Shown here: in pieces, positions 63,011 through 64,000 of the stretch
Numbering within the stretch: position 1 is the stretch's first letter
Layout of the letters: each line of letters starts with the position of its first letter
Source of the DNA: Phoronis australis
Taxonomy: Eukaryota; Animalia; Phoronida
Assembly: GCA_002633005.1 (NCBI GenBank)
Contig: NMRA01000401.1
Span: forward strand, 83,827 to 147,826
Length of the DNA stretch: 64,000 nucleotides
Reading direction: 5' to 3'
Made by a program: the position numbers and the translations under genes
The notes under the pieces: model-generated
What the model was told of the DNA's origin: nothing
The model's database searches: none
The model's input: only the letters and a program-made list of their open reading frames with translations

Positions 63011-63404
63011 TTGTAGATTTTTTGGCTAAAAACGCAGACTTGTCAATATAGACCTTATCTGCACCACCCTTTATCAGAGAAGTTCCGCAGTTGGCGATTT
63101 CAAAGGTGAGCGACGATGGCTGTTGTATTTATTAGATTCTTTTTGCTCACAATTGTTGACATTATTTTTTTTTCAACAAAGTCAACAAAAATGAGAAAAG
63201 TCGCCAAAAACTGTCTGTGTACCTCTTAAAGGCGAAGGCAACCTTTTTTTCATGTCATGTTTAGCAAAACTAAGGTTCGTTGATTATCCCAAACATATTT
63301 TTCACTTATTTACTGCTTTTCGTAATTTAATTAATTACTCGTCGTCTACTCCGGAAGTTACGTTTTGGGAGGCAAGTATTTCGCTTCAAATTCTTTTCAT
63401 ATAG

Positions 63405-64000
63405 TGTGACTTTGAGAGCAGTCGAGTCAGTCATTGTTCTACCTCTGTTGTGATAAATTCGGTCGTCGTTTGCTTTTGCGTACGAGTCAGTCAACATGTC
63501 TGGCTGTTGCTGCGTACTGGAGTGTACTCATTATCGTCTCACGTACGTAGGAAGAACTGTCCCGTTGTTGCCCGAGTGTCCCGCGACACACTCCCACTGG
63601 AGGGTGATCTGAGCACCCAAACTGCTTACATCCCGCCGTATTACTCCCTCGCCACACACCTGGCACCTTCCAAATAGCTCCAATACAAGTCCACAATAAA
63701 CTTATCAAACTTAGACTCACCGATCTGTTCATTGTATGACGAACTGTCCTCTTCACTGGGTGTCGAACAGGGCCTGTATTCACTCCCACTACTCAACATC
63801 GCTGCAGGGCTGGTTACAGGCTCTGGGCTAGAGACCGTGAACAGCACAGGGCGAATCACTACTAGTTCCCGGAATTGCACGCAATGGGGTACGTTCGGAG
63901 GCACGGGTGACAGTAGATGAAGTGTCTCCAGTCACTGTATAGTGGCCACAGCTCGCGAGGCTTCTCGCTTCAAAAACGCACTTCCCGGGGTTGGCGATGG
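63405..64000 (-). mobile_element. Gypsy-like LTR retrotransposon remnant: 3' LTR (63405-63656) plus deleted internal sequence running off the window
   Basis: Minus-strand LTR TGTGGC...GTCACA, preceded by purine-rich GGAAGGTGCCAGG; at the window edge IANPGKCVFEARSLASCGH resembles the RT motif (N..KC.F.....LGH). Confidence 0.6.

Noticed and set aside
63641-63904. Upstream exon of the GTPase
   Set aside because: No G1-G3 motifs; the sequence belongs to the LTR remnant.

Overview
Eukaryotic, AT-rich animal genomic DNA; the gene and repeat content suggests a marine invertebrate, but the species cannot be determined from sequence alone. Three host genes are recognisable. (1) CIP2A/KIAA1524 on +: 21 GT-AG coding exons from 1328 to 19942, phases consistent, 882 codons plus stop; exon 1 lies upstream of the window. 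(2) A TMEM45-family (DUF716) gene on + with its whole 301-aa CDS in one exon (54290-55195), preceded by a 5'UTR intron. (3) The last exon of a RERG/RASL-like small GTPase on - (61978-62397). The remainder is intron/intergenic DNA dense in transposon relics: the 3' end of a Penelope-like retroelement (GIY-YIG ORF plus a candidate minimal hammerhead ribozyme), hAT-like elements with 5-bp and 6-bp TSDs, a nested Tc2/pogo-like element with a HIRAN-like relic, THAP-bearing elements, Harbinger- and Kolobok-like MITEs, tRNA-derived SINEs and a gypsy-like LTR remnant. Most ORFs in the supplied track are spurious. I see no clearly new multi-gene system; the best leads are mobile-element architecture and protein motifs. 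All homology calls are from recalled family motifs, not database searches.
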